Below, piece after piece: positions 26,221 through 39,000 of a stretch of DNA of 64,000 bases; positions within the stretch are counted from its first letter, which is position 1; the number at the start of each line of letters is the position of its first letter. The stretch spans positions 374,001 to 438,000 of the forward strand of contig CM119373.1 of the NCBI GenBank assembly GCA_051294905.1. The letters are read 5' to 3'. The position numbers and the translations under genes are program-made. The notes under the pieces are model-generated. The model made no database searches, was not told where the DNA came from, and worked only from the letters and a program-made list of their open reading frames with translations. This DNA is from Botryllus schlosseri (taxonomy: Eukaryota).

Positions 26221-27879
26221 TCTCGTTTAAACTTCAGGTCGAGCTTAATTTCATGAGATTGGCTTGACAATAAAGTCTGCCCACTAACGCATTGTCGATG
26301 TAATTAACCGTCGCATTGAAGAGTCGAGTCGCGATCGCCACTAACCGATACAGAGGCGTAGAAATGTATTATGCCAAACGCATTTCCACGCAGATCGTGT
26401 AATGGCACCTGTGATGATAGTATACCTCAATAGTGTTGCTGGCAGCCAACCGCAGTTGTATTGCAGTTCCAACAAACCGGAATAATAAACCTCTGCGATG
26501 AGAAATTTGTAACTGATATAATTTTATTAACTTTATTCTCAATTCTGGAATTTGTCGCCTGCAACATAACTTTGCGCGCTGAGCCTACATTTCACCTCCA
26601 GTGCTGGCACGCTACCTAACAATCGCAATGTGAATGGCTATGTTGGTAATTCTAATTTGTAAACGTGAACATCACTTCCAAATGAGTTCATTTCTCGATT
26701 GTGAGAATGCCTTTCCCAGGTGTTGGAGGTTTATGTAGGCTGCTACTCGTCCTCCGATCCGTAAAAGCAGTGTCTTACAAAAATTGGGGGGCCGTGCTAT
26801 AGGTTGGCATCTCAGGAATCAAAATAAGTAATATCGATATGGTTTAAAATTATCATCGATTACAAAGACATGGCAAGAATACGACTACAAATATAAACAT
26901 AAAAAGGTCATCAACCTGCGTCATGTCCCTGTTCTGCATCCGGTTCTGATGGGGGTGACAAGTATAAGGTGAACACCTTCAGCCACACCTCAATATCACG
27001 GTACAATTGCCCGAGTTTAGTTATCACCTTTCTAAATGCTACTATGCGTGGGCAAACTAGCGTATCGCCCCCATTGACGGTGGAGGCCCCAGTTTGATTC
27101 ATGGCAGTGCAGTAGCAAGTCACGAAGAATCGCGGATTTATTAGATTCTCCGTCCTATACGTTGCTGTGCTCAAAGCGTCTTTACAATATGAAGCCCAGA
27201 GAAAGACCCAATCCATGACCTAATGGGGATGTCAGATTGAGATACGGTCGCCGCGACATCCTTATATCTGTTACTGCATCGTATTGTGCATCGCGTGTCT
27301 TGATCGGGTAAATTCAATAGAAAAACCAACAATGACACACTCAAAATTTGGATTTTTCTGATACTTCGACATAGTTTACAACATTTGCTCGCGGCACACC
27401 TGAGCAGTCCAATTGGCACACTAGCGTGCCGCGGCACACCGGTTGAGAACCACTGCGCTATGCAGTGGTTTGATAATTCTTTATGGTGCGTATTATGTAT
27501 GTGGTGAAGAATTGGTGGCGAGCTTCATGTGACGTTTCTTCCAGTTAATTTTGACTGATTGTATATACTTGGTGACTCAGGTTTAGCTTAAAGGACATCT
27601 TCATCGGTTAAATCGACTTTCCATTATTCGGTAGATATATTTCCACTGATTTTGAAAATACATATGGTTTTGGCAGAAAATGAGTATTTTTCAAGATATC
27701 GGGCGTAAAACAGCAACCCCCCGCTGAAACGACACAAAATCAGTCGAGCGTGGGATGACGTCAGATTGTGTGCAGTTTTATTTCTGTTGCTCACTCACCG
27801 TGGTACATATTTGGCGATCTGTTGTCTTGTTCCTTATTTCTGGTAAAGTGATTAGCGACTTTGCCGTGTATCGAGGAAT

Positions 27880-29951
27880 ATGGACAGAGTAGATAGCAGC
27901 CTATCGAAGAGGAGACGAAAAAACGGTAAACGATGCGTGGCTTACGGGTGCTCAAATGACTCTTATACAGAACCTAAGGTTTCGTTGCATGCGTTCGCCA
28001 GGAAAGAGTCTGAACCTATAAGACACAAGGCATGGGTTGATGCGGTTAGGAGAACGAGGAAAGATTGGTTGGAAACGCCAGTAAAACCATCCTCCTTCTT
28101 AAGTTGTGTTTTGTGCTGCAACCATTTTGAACCGGAATGCTTTGTGCCTATAAACGATCTTCACAGGCAGGCAGGTTTTCGATGCAGTAAAGTGCAGCTA
28201 AAAAAGGATGCTATTCCAAGGAAACTGATCCGTGTGATATGGATATCATCGAATCATCTATGGGCGAGAGTACTTCTGCTGGTGATGCCTATTCCAATCA
28301 CCGAATATTATTAGATAAAGTGACTCAGACAAATAAAGTTAAGCTGAGTTCATATGGGAGCAAGGGTGTGAATGCTATAATGGAGATGAAAGATTTTTCA
28401 TGTCAGGCTGGTAGTAGCTATATTCATTACCCCAATGTGGGGGATTATAGCAATGAAAGTGAATACAATTTGAGTGATGCTGAGAGTGACGAGGAATCAG
28501 AAATGAGCGATGTAACTGAAGAAATTGAATGCACCACCAGTGGATTTGTGATGGTTAAAAAACAGAAGATCATTGATCTTTTTTCAAGCTGCCCTTTGTG
28601 CCAAATGGAAGCCGACATTAAAGTTGCATGCCATGGCACCTTGATGAAAATTGATCAAAAGTGTCCTGACAAGTCATGCAACTATCACCGTACGTGGGAA
28701 AGTCAGTACTTGAGGGAAGGCAAGAGTGAAGGAAACATTGTGATGAGCAGTGCTATCATGTTAAGTGGATCATCTCCTTCGAAAGCACTGAAAATGTTTC
28801 GTTTGATGGGTTTACAGTCGATTTCCCACTCTACGTATATGCACTACCAAAAAGCATATTTGATTCCAGCTGTGAATCATGTATATACCACTGCAAATGA
28901 GTGCGATTTGACAATGGTTGCTGGAAAGTCACTGATACTATCTGGTGATGGGAGGGCTGACAGTCCAGGACATAGCGGAAAGTATATGATATACACTCTA
29001 ATGGATACCGCCTCAAGAAAAGTTCTGAGCTCCGAGTTGGTTCGGTCAAATGAAACGGGAGGTAGTGCGTATATGGAGAAAGAAGGTTTGAGACGATGTT
29101 TGAGTGCATTATCCAGTGTTACAGTTGAAGAGCTTGTCACAGACCGACATCCTCAAATTAGGAAATATTTGCGGTTAGATCATCCGAACACAAGACATAC
29201 ATTTGATACGTGGCATATTGCCAAAGGGTTGAAAAAGAAGCTCTCATCTTTGTCTAAAAAAAAAGGATTGTGAGCTTATTGGACGTTGGCAAAAGTCATT
29301 GGGCAGCCAGGTTTACTTCTGTGCGAGACGTGGGAATGGCAACCCAGAGCTTAATCAGCAAATTTGGAGTGCAGTTGGTCAGCACATAATTAATGTACAT
29401 GAACACCCAAACAATGATTCTGTCCTAGTTTGTGAGCATGGTGAATTGTCAAGACCTCGACATTGGTTCAATCCGGATTCATTCGCTTACGACAAAGTTA
29501 TGGAAGTGCTATATTCAAAATCAATGTGCAAAGACATACGACAGCTTTCAAATTCCAGCAATACTTCGGGCAACGCTCCTTCAACGCACTCCTCAATCAC
29601 TTCTGTCCGAAATTATACCATTACCACTAATCACGCCAGAAAGCAAGAATGCAGCTAGCGGTACTTCATTTTAATGAAAACGTGTCGAGGAAGCATCGGC
29701 TAACTACTGCTGGAACACCTCTTTATGCTGTGAAATATCACAAATACAAGAAGGGCTGCTCAGTTCAGAAAGTTCTTGAGGATGCTACATATGACTACTG
29801 TGAGAAACTGATTGCCGAAGTCGAGCGTCGTATCACGTTCGGATTGCCTTTGGAGAAGACAGAAATACCACCACCTCTTGCATCACTGTCAGAAAAAACA
29901 GAGAGAAGTGATGCAATCAGATCTCACAGAAGCAGATACCATCACACTTGA
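27880..29951 (+). pseudogene. Kolobok THAP-DDE transposase, frameshifted
   Basis: THAP (CVAYGC..LHAF..W..CCNHF..DAIP), then CxxC/CxxxxC, GDGRADSPGHSGKY, LVTDRHPQIRK, DTWHIAKG, SFNALLNHFCPK and LAVLHFNEN. Frameshifts near 28230, 29260 (poly-A) and 29575, plus an in-frame stop. Confidence 0.88.
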
Positions 29952-30782
29952 AAGATGGACCACTTTATTATATATTTTCCAATTCATGCTATATGCATAT
30001 GTGGGTAGCGTGGTAATTTGTACCGATTGGCAAATGAGTTGCTGTGTAGGCCTGTTACGATGGGCATTTCATGTTTATTGGGGGGTCTATAGTTTGAGAG
30101 CCATATTTGTATTCGCTTGATTGCGCATGCTCGACATCATTTCTTGGTCATGTCTTTGGAAACATTCTGGATATAGGTGTGATAGGGTACTCTGTACGTA
30201 TCAATAGTAATCGGCCCACCAGACGTTCGGCACTATATTTATCGATCTTGCTGGGTCTTCAAAACTATGTTGTTTCGATCTATTTCAGTACCGTATTGTC
30301 TTATCATTTGAATATAAGTATCATCGATCAATTGGTACTTTCAATCAATATACCGATAATACTTCAGGATCGCGTGTAATTACATAGGGAAACTTACAGG
30401 ACTTTGTGGCGCTGGCAGAAAAAAGGAAGACAGCTCTACATCTAGAATCGTATAGGCAGTTCAGTGACCACAACAGGACCTACAGTACTAATGCCGTTAC
30501 AACAAGGAATGTATCGTGCTCCTAATAGATTACCAGGGGGCTAGTAATATAGTACTTTACGTAGATATTGGTTACTCGTGCTACTTCTACTCGACAATTT
30601 TCAGTTTTTGAGATCAGACTAGGCCTAGAGCACTTACTTTTTACTTGCTACTTTTTTACATGGTTCTGCCTAAGTACCAGCAGTGGCTGCTTCGACTATC
30701 TCTGTATGCACTACACAATCCATATACTCACTAACTACATTGACTTTCGTAGAACGACATCTTTACTTCTCAACAAATATAT

Positions 30783-31531
30783 TCATGAATGATTAAAAAC
30801 GAATCCTTTATAGCTGTCAGAGGTTAATTCTTTTCTGATTCTTGTCACCACGCACGAAGGCAAAACTTTCCTGTTGTCTCTGCCACACCATCCCCATATC
30901 CATCGCACAAAATTACGGTAGGATGTATGCCTCAATTTCCTGCAATTGAGAATTGATATACATAGTTGCTGAGCTGAATATGTACCTACACGTACTCGTG
31001 TAGTGTGTATCTGCTTGTCGACTGCCTTCCATATTGCTGCCTATACCCATAATATGCTGTTTCAAGAACCCATCTATCCAAACAGACCGAAGAAAATCCA
31101 GGGTGCTCCGTGATGCACTTAATGCTAGGATAGTCCAAACGGTCGCGTACGTAGCAGAGCTCCTTACAGCACACTGGTTCTCTGCCTGTTGGCATAACAT
31201 GGCACAGCGAGCACTGGCACCTTATAGATAAAATATAGTATTGAACACATGCTGGACAAGTGACGAGAGGGATCGCTATAATCACCATTCGGTGTTGCCT
31301 TGTCTTGTGCTATTGCTGTCAGGTACTGGGGTTGGATTGATGGTGCTGACCTCTCCATCCGAAACCATGGGTTCTAACTCGGTAGGATCAAGAACGTCTA
31401 AAATCACAAGTAGATTAATTAAAAGGCGTTGGCTATATATTTCTTTGATATCACATATAATTGATACCTTCGTCCGAAAATTCCTCCGAATAACTTCCGC
31501 TTCTAGATGTATCACTGGTATCTCTTTCCAT
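30783..31531 (-). CDS. KolX-like Cys-rich accessory protein (P2X7 ballast-domain homolog), 4 exons, 185 aa
   Basis: Exons 31531-31468, 31397-31286, 31220-30996 and 30939-30783 give a 558-nt open frame. Motifs: WCQCSLCHVMPTGREPVCCKE, CITEHPGFSSVCLD, RHTSYRNFVRWIWG..RKVLPSCVVTRIR. Confidence 0.85.
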
Positions 31532-31786
31532 TATTATTTAGCGTTGCTAACTAACTAGCGTTGGATTGCCTTGGCGACTTGCCGACTTTGCACACAATCT
31601 GACGTCATACAACGCATCACTGACTCGCAGCTCGTTTTTTGTAAGGTCAGGATTCTCAACATTCAACTTAAAAATTCTCCGTCATGCTGCGTTTTTCGGC
31701 AGTCGTTTTAAGCTATAAATGTTCAGCATGAAAAACTCTTCAATATAAGATAAAGTTGTATTTGACGATATAGATGATAATTGATA

Positions 31787-32900
31787 ATGGTCGATAAATG
31801 CTGGGCTTATGATTGTATGGCTGGATATTTGACAACTAAACAAAAAGTTTCAATTTCCATTTGAGGATTTGGAGGTACAAAAAATGGATATCTTTCGTGA
31901 ATGGACGTGATTGGAAGCCAAAGAAGAATTCTGTAATTTGTGCGATGCACTTCGAAGAAGCAAAGTACATCAACGACTGTGGCTTTCGAAAAAAACTGCT
32001 CTTGGATAGAAAACCAGTTCCTACCATCCGATCGGAGCCTGAGCTGCAACGGCCTTCATTGATCCCGACTATGACCCCTTGCAGGAAACCACCGAAGAGA
32101 AGGATATTTCAGAATGATCAGTTGAAAGATTTTGAGCTGTCTGATAAGATGAGCAGTTTATAAGATTTGACCGAGTCCCACACTCCAGAAAGCTATATAC
32201 CATGTACAGAAGAGGGTAATCAATATGTAATTTTCTACCGTATGGAATTCAATGATGACTAGGTGTGGCGTGGCGCATTATTCAACTTCCCGAAATATCT
32301 CAAAAATGTATGAGACAAATCCGAGCACAATTTACTGGAAGAACTTTTCGAGCCAAGAAATTTGTCTTCCTCCATTTTCATTCGCCGTTGATTCTTCAGG
32401 TGTATCATCACCCGGCGGATTTATTGCATGGAACGATCTTCACAAAATCAGGGAATCTCATGATAATGATTCGAATTTGCGGAAAGCACCAAAAGTGATA
32501 TATGCCTCGTTACATCCAAGCAATAACAAGCAGAATGTCAACTTAGCTCTTGCTCCATTCTATGAGTCGACTATTGCAGCTTGCAAAAGTTACTTGCCTC
32601 TCACGGAAGATATGGCTTCATTCTTGAACCTGATTAATGCTTGGTTGACGATTCTCACGGTATAGGCAAATGTGTGCGGGGGGGGGGGGAGGTTTCTGGT
32701 TGGTTCAACAGAAGTTACCAATTCTGAAAAGATAATACTGCTCTGTTCCATCCTAAAAATTGACATCAAGCTCAAGTCATTTTTACCATTTCAAAAAAGT
32801 CATTGAAGAAGTGGCTATTCAAATTACCGAATCATTTCTATCTCATTACAGTGAGACGGTGTCGTGCGTAGTTGCTGGGTAAATTGTAAGCAAGGTCATG
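31787..32900 (+). pseudogene. P-element/THAP9-like transposase remnant
   Basis: MVDKCWAYDC...KWISFVNGRDWKPKKNSVICAMHF...PVPTI (THAP) and WNDLHKI...LRKAPKVIYASLHPSNNKQNVNLAL (P-transposase GTP-binding region). Stops, frameshifts and deletions are present. Confidence 0.8.
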
Positions 32901-35900
32901 CTATTCCGACTTACTCGATCGTGGGGGACTGCTTACTCCCTCAGAACCACTTGCCGTGTTGGTTTCATCCAGTTTTTTAATCCTAGATTGTTCTGATAAA
33001 ATCATCTGCCCTCACCCTAAGTCGCGGTGAATAAAATCATTGTGAATATATATTACAATAACAAGCAGGAGCTAGTTAATGCCTCTGTGAGAAAATACTT
33101 TAAATACGGACTTTAAAACAACGACAGTTGAGCAAGACGTAGCTTGCATTCTTCGGTGATGCATTTCATTCTCATTACCGGTACTTATGGCCGTAGCTTG
33201 TATGCTGCAAGTTTGTTTTTGATACAAGTTGGTTATTGCAAGTAATTTCTAATATGACATGTGTACCAATTCTTCTTCACGTGCTTGAATTGATTTTACC
33301 ATGCAATAAAATTGTTTACATGAGCATGTCGGTGTTTTCTCACTACTTAGCCTACTTCTGCAATAGGTGGATAACTGCATCTACGAGGCTGTCTCTTGTC
33401 ACTTTCTGACGGTAAGGTACTGATTTGACCTGTTGTACGAATACATACAGCTTATCTGAGGCGATGCGTCTGGTAGCGAGAAGCGAAATAGCGCATAATC
33501 GCGAATTTCTGTTTTGTGAGCATCGGCCTGTTAGCTCTTGCAAGCATACCAGATAAAGCCGTGAATATCGTAGGCCACGCTTGGGCCCTTTCGAGCTCCC
33601 CCAATTGGGAATTTGGGTGCGGCAGTTACTGCCCTCGTAGATCATAGGCTAAAACTCCTGTGTATATTATGATCGTCCGCTGCTCCATTCGCGTCGCGAA
33701 ACACAATGATCAAATTCCCGCATCCACTTTGTGATTAGAATTTTAGTTCCACTATTGTGGGTTAAAATATAATCATTCTGGACCAGTTTCAAACAATTCA
33801 TTAGTAAATGGGGTGCTACTACTCCAGAGAAGTGGAGAAAGAGTTTTTTTTAATATGCATGCTGTACAATGCACATGTACACATGTATGTTTGTACCAAA
33901 TAAACTGAAGTTGCAATGACAGAATATTCAATCCAATGATACAACCAATTCATGTGACTCTTAAATTATGTTCAATGATTTCCAGGTCAGACATTTTAAA
34001 CCGACTCCAAAGATTAATGCGCTCTGCTTAATCCTCAATCCATTACGGTTCGTTGCGGTGGTGCAGTATACCTTCACCAGAAGTTGCAAATAATTTTCAA
34101 TTATGGCTATGTTTGTCTTACCATAATACGACCTGCCGAAGTACAGTAAATCTATGCATCAATTACACTTCATTCCGAGTTTATTGCACCCCCTTTCCAC
34201 GGCATACGACCTATGACCCTGTCGGAATACTCGGCTACTTCAGCATTACCTTCCAGTTATCATATACTCGAAATTACTTTAGTTACTGTTAGCTGTAGGT
34301 TGTCATAGCCAGTGGATAAAGCCGCCGTTTGTTCCTCCCGTTTTCGACTGGTACATGCTGACTCCATGCGTGCCACTACGTCTGATCAAAGTCGGATGAA
34401 AAGTTTATGAATATATTTCTAGCGTTTAACATAACTAATAAAACTAAACTTGCATTAATTCTAAAATTTTCTAAATAGCCTCGTGGCCCACCTCAAAATG
34501 CTCTGTGGGCCACCAGTGGGCCATGGCCCACCCTTTGAGAACCCCTGCTCTATACGTAATCGCGCACAAATGTCTGCCTGCAACCGACGGAAGTTGATTT
34601 CGAAATTCATGAGAACGTATATCATGCATGACATGCAAGTATATGTCGAAAATATATAGGCAGGGTTATAACCAAGTCACAAGATCGGTGATAAATGATA
34701 TATTTATCATTCGGAACAAAGATGCAACTGATAAATATGCTACTGCTACGGCTACTACCAAATCCTACTGAATATATTGAATACAATTCTGTTATTGAGC
34801 TTGCGTTTCAGCTTAAAGCCATGCACATTACCAGGGTGTGACATTGTTTCAAGTTTCCGCAATGGGATGACTTCCGTAGTTGAGTTCTTGACAATGTCTT
34901 TATTCACAATCAAACTGGTAACTACACGTGCAATCCGGAGAGCAACATGACTGAGTCGATAGTGCGCAGAGTTATTGCAATGCCTTAGCCATGAAACGGC
35001 AAATGGTATTACTGGCCAACAGCAAATTTTGAAAGGATATGTGATTATGTGATTATGGCTAACTAGAACTACACCGTCGCTACAGAAAAAGTATAGTTAT
35101 TGACCTTCAAGTAACGATTGATTGGTAGTTTGTATATAAGTCTGCCTACATAGTTGCACTTTTATGTTTCGTCTGTACTCTCATATTTAGCAGAGGACAG
35201 CGAATTTAAAGTGCCGCCCAGCATTCGACTCACACTGAACCTCGTGGACATCGTGAACCTTGTCGGTGTTCGCAAACAGTCGGCCCTCACAATGGAATTC
35301 GCAAATGTCGAGATTCTGGCGGTTATATGGATTTGCGATTCCCATTTACATACGCATAAGTTATCAAGTTTCTATTCTAACTATCTTTTTCTGGTAATAT
35401 CGATATCATTTCAGAACAAGTCCGTCGAACACCACAACTACATATTTTTATTGAAGTTTTTTTGATAGTAAACATGAAATATTCGCTTCCCATTGTTCGC
35501 CACTGATATCGGATACACAGTATGACTGTGCTAGTGTGTGCGTGTCATCCTTGCTGTTACAATAGTAATGTAATATCGAGCACTCGACTCTGGGCACTTT
35601 CCTGCCGAGGGTGGGTTGAACGCTTCATTTTCAGTGCCCAAATGCCTTCTGACAAGGACGATGTAACAATACGAGGTGTTTCGGATGTGCCTAATTATGA
35701 TGTCAAATAATAGTATTTATGTAATGCGTACGGCACGGTACCGGGGACAGTATCAAACCGTTCACGATTGTTTTTCTGTAGTCCCATATCGCATTTTATT
35801 TATAAGTCTCGCCATCACCATGGCCGATTCTTAATGAGATGCGCCGCCTTGCATCTATACTAGAAAGCATATATATACTAAAAAGCATTATGAAGTCATA

Positions 35901-36080
35901 GTAGTATTTGCATCGAGCTCGCTCGCCAGAAAGGTTACGCATATACACTTCTGTTTCAGAGAAAATCACGATAGAACGTTTTGACGTGTTTGAATCGATC
36001 GAGTTGCATAAATTCGTTGATTTTCCTTCTTTTTATCTTTTGCAGGAATCACATCACATCTGTATAACTGATGTGCGTAT

Positions 36081-39000
36081 TCATTGCTTTGGGTGCGTGG
36101 CGGATTGTTTTTTCCTGACGAATATCCCGTTTGGAAGACGAAGTACTTTTATCTGTAGATGAGAAATAAATCGAAATAAATCACCACCAGACGAACAGAC
36201 AGACGACGCGAACAACTTTGACGCAATATATTATTACTGAAAGTAATATTTTCATTGAATTCACGATCGTGTCTAGGAAGATCACGAACCTTTGAATTTT
36301 CAAGCTGGATTGTTTCTTTCAATCTCTTCTCTCCGTTTGCATCGATTTTCCAGTCATACAAATATAGCCCTTCGACAGTAGACGTCATTATGTCACATAA
36401 AGCCGATATATTACCATCAATTGCAGTTGTATGCGATTCTTGAATGAAAAGCTTCGAAATCTGGAATAAAGCATATGATGTTGTTTCAATGGAATTCATG
36501 GTACAATAGCTTGACTTATTACATTTAGTGTTAATGTGGGTTATAAAAAGTAGACCTATGCACATTCTCGGACTTACTGTGACCCAAGTTCCTCAAGTCA
36601 CAATATTGGAAACGAATACGCCACAGTAATGCGGCTTAAGGCGGATAATTTTCCTCTGTTGCGTTTTCTAACGAATATTTATTATGGAAGTGGGCGAAAA
36701 GCATTTCTGTGTGTGTTGCATATGGCGAAATAATGGTGTTATGACTAGGGTTGCATTTAAAACAAAAATCATTTTAAAACATGCATGTTTAAAACAAGGC
36801 CCTAATTTAAACATATTTTTATTGTTTTCTATGTTTTTTAAAGCCATGACGTCACGGATATTCAATTGTGACGTCATAGTGGATTGACTTTGACCATTGA
36901 AAATATAGGGTAAAATTAGCTCCTGTGACGAAATATATATGTACTATTGCTGTTGAACTGATTTTTTTGAGGGTTCCAACCATCCCATATCGATATACGT
37001 CGGCTACATCGGGTGGTAATTGTCCGTAGGCTCATACAACATGTTTTTTGTAAAGTATTTACACAATTATGGCATGATGAACAAAGTGTTTTAAAACACC
37101 ATTTGTTTTAAATGCAACCCTGGTTATGACATTCAAATCCTAGGCTAGCACCTTGCTCAGTTGCTATGATGTCAATCCGAATTAAGTCCTGATTTTGTGG
37201 TTAGTTCATATTTCACCTTTTTGGCATATTTTAGAAAAGGGATAATGTTACTATGAATTCAATAATAAAGCCAATCTATATATAGGCTACTAATTACTCA
37301 CTACTATTTGTTTGTCTCTGCAGGCGATCGCGAAAGCCTCCAACTTGTCCGGCGTTAAATCGCTCCTTCCGAAACACACTTCCTTACAATGAGTGATTTG
37401 AACAATCGCTGCCACGTCCTCATAAACCTCTGGAGGCATTGTACTATCGACTATGGTCAGTTCTGGTAGCTGAATTAGAATAACAGCTTCCATAAAGTTT
37501 CCGAAAATTAGGCGATTAGTTAATTAATATTCTAGGTCACGTAGAAACTTTGTTGTCAACATATAGTATATATCGTCTTATCACGTGTAGCATTGAACTC
37601 GACCGTATTGTGATCACCTAAATGGCTGTAAGGTTGATAACAATTTGCATGTTTTATTGTATTTGAATCAATTCGATGATGGCTGCTGGCTACCACAAAC
37701 ACATTACGAATGGACTATACTCCGAAATAACTTCATTCTTGTATGGGAACTACCACTATCCATGTGCAAAATGTGCATGTACAATTCTACATCATGATAC
37801 CGCTAGAAAACAAGCCCATTCGTATATTCAGTATTCAAATGTTTGTAGACTCTATTACGATACTTTCAGGCTAATTTACCGTAGCATTTCTCTTCCTGAA
37901 TCCCTGTGATAGTCGGCGTAACTTTGTCTTGTTCAGCCCACAGAGCTCAAGTTGGAATTCCTTACAATCGGTTAGATTTATAACGCTACTGACTTCTTCG
38001 TACCCAGCTTCGTCCATCGCTTCATCTTTGATGATGAGCTTTTGGAGCTGAAATGATTGATATCGTGCATTGTGCAATGTACATCGTTTTTATGCTAATC
38101 AATGAAGGCATGGACTATACCTGAATATTGTAGCTGTGACAGACTGAAGCAATCAATTTCACGTCAGTTTCTGTTAGACGACATTTAGCGAGTGAAAGTC
38201 CTCTTATACCGCATTTTCGGAAAACCTCCAAGTACCCGCGAAGTTTTTCGGACGTCAAAGATTGATCCTCGATGACTAAAGTGTTGACCTAAAATGTAAC
38301 AGAGAAAACGGATATTTGGCAATAACTAAATGCCAGAAGGATTTCTACATATTATTACTCGGTCAAAAATGTACAAGTTTTAACAAATTAACGCTTTTTT
38401 GATCAACGCCCTACATAAAAAAGACAGTGTCCCCATGAAACTACTCAAATTTTTCTCATAAACACCACACCAATATTTATAAATATCACACTTTACCGAT
38501 TTTGTGATATGCTTGATTTTTCCGACCTATTAGACAGCGTAAATCTCAAATTATATTTTGGTTCCGTAAGATTTGTATGTATATTTTAGAATAATCTTTA
38601 CAACCAGTGATCAGATCTCGTTAAATATGATTATGAGTTATTTTATTGGGTTTGAATGCTATCAGATTTTCGCTTGGTGTCCAGAAACAAGCCACCAAAA
38701 TCAAGCAATACAAAATCACGAGTAAAAATTGTTACCTTCCTCGTTTTTGCCCCGTAAGATATAATGATCTCTGTCAGTTGTGATTGGAATAAATTAGGAT
38801 CAACGTTCAGGCGAAGAAAGTCCAATGGTTGGTTCGACAAAAATACAAACAATGTCCGTATAGTGTCGATACGAGTTATATTCAATAAGCCAAGCTGGTC
38901 CAGCTGTATCTGAAATGAAAATAGATTGCAAGTTTTTCCTCATCTCGTCATCAACTATATCTATAACAAATTTAATCTGTTTAACTTCTTTAGGAGTATT

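Larger units (their letters stand above)
21558..27455 (-). mobile_element. Buster/Charlie-type hAT, internally deleted
   Basis: TIR cagtggttctcaacc...ggttgagaaccactg. Perfect TSD cgctatgc (NNNTANNN pattern). Confidence 0.9.
27592..31776 (+). mobile_element. Kolobok-superfamily transposon (right terminus damaged)
   Basis: Starts TTAA|AGGACATCT. The subterminal motif atgacgtcagattgtgtgca (~27754) recurs inverted at ~31589. It contains convergent transposase and KolX genes. The right TIR decays at ...gacgatatagatg and lacks the terminal tcctttaa. Confidence 0.8.
21083..33579 (+). mobile_element. Degenerate P-superfamily transposon hosting further insertions
   Basis: ~80-bp TIR (c)g..gcctacgatatt.acggc.ttatctggta...cttgcaagagctaacaggccgatgctcacaaaacagaaattcgc at both ends. 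7-bp TSD cttgggc. Transposase remnant at 31787-32900. Confidence 0.88.
20830..34547 (+). mobile_element. ~1.2-kb non-autonomous Charlie/Buster-type hAT, split by a 12.5-kb nested insertion
   Basis: TIR caggggttctca...tgagaacccctg. TSD ctcaatac/ctctatac. 20830-21082 plus 33587-34547 is colinear with the uninterrupted copy at 51026-52295. Confidence 0.9.
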
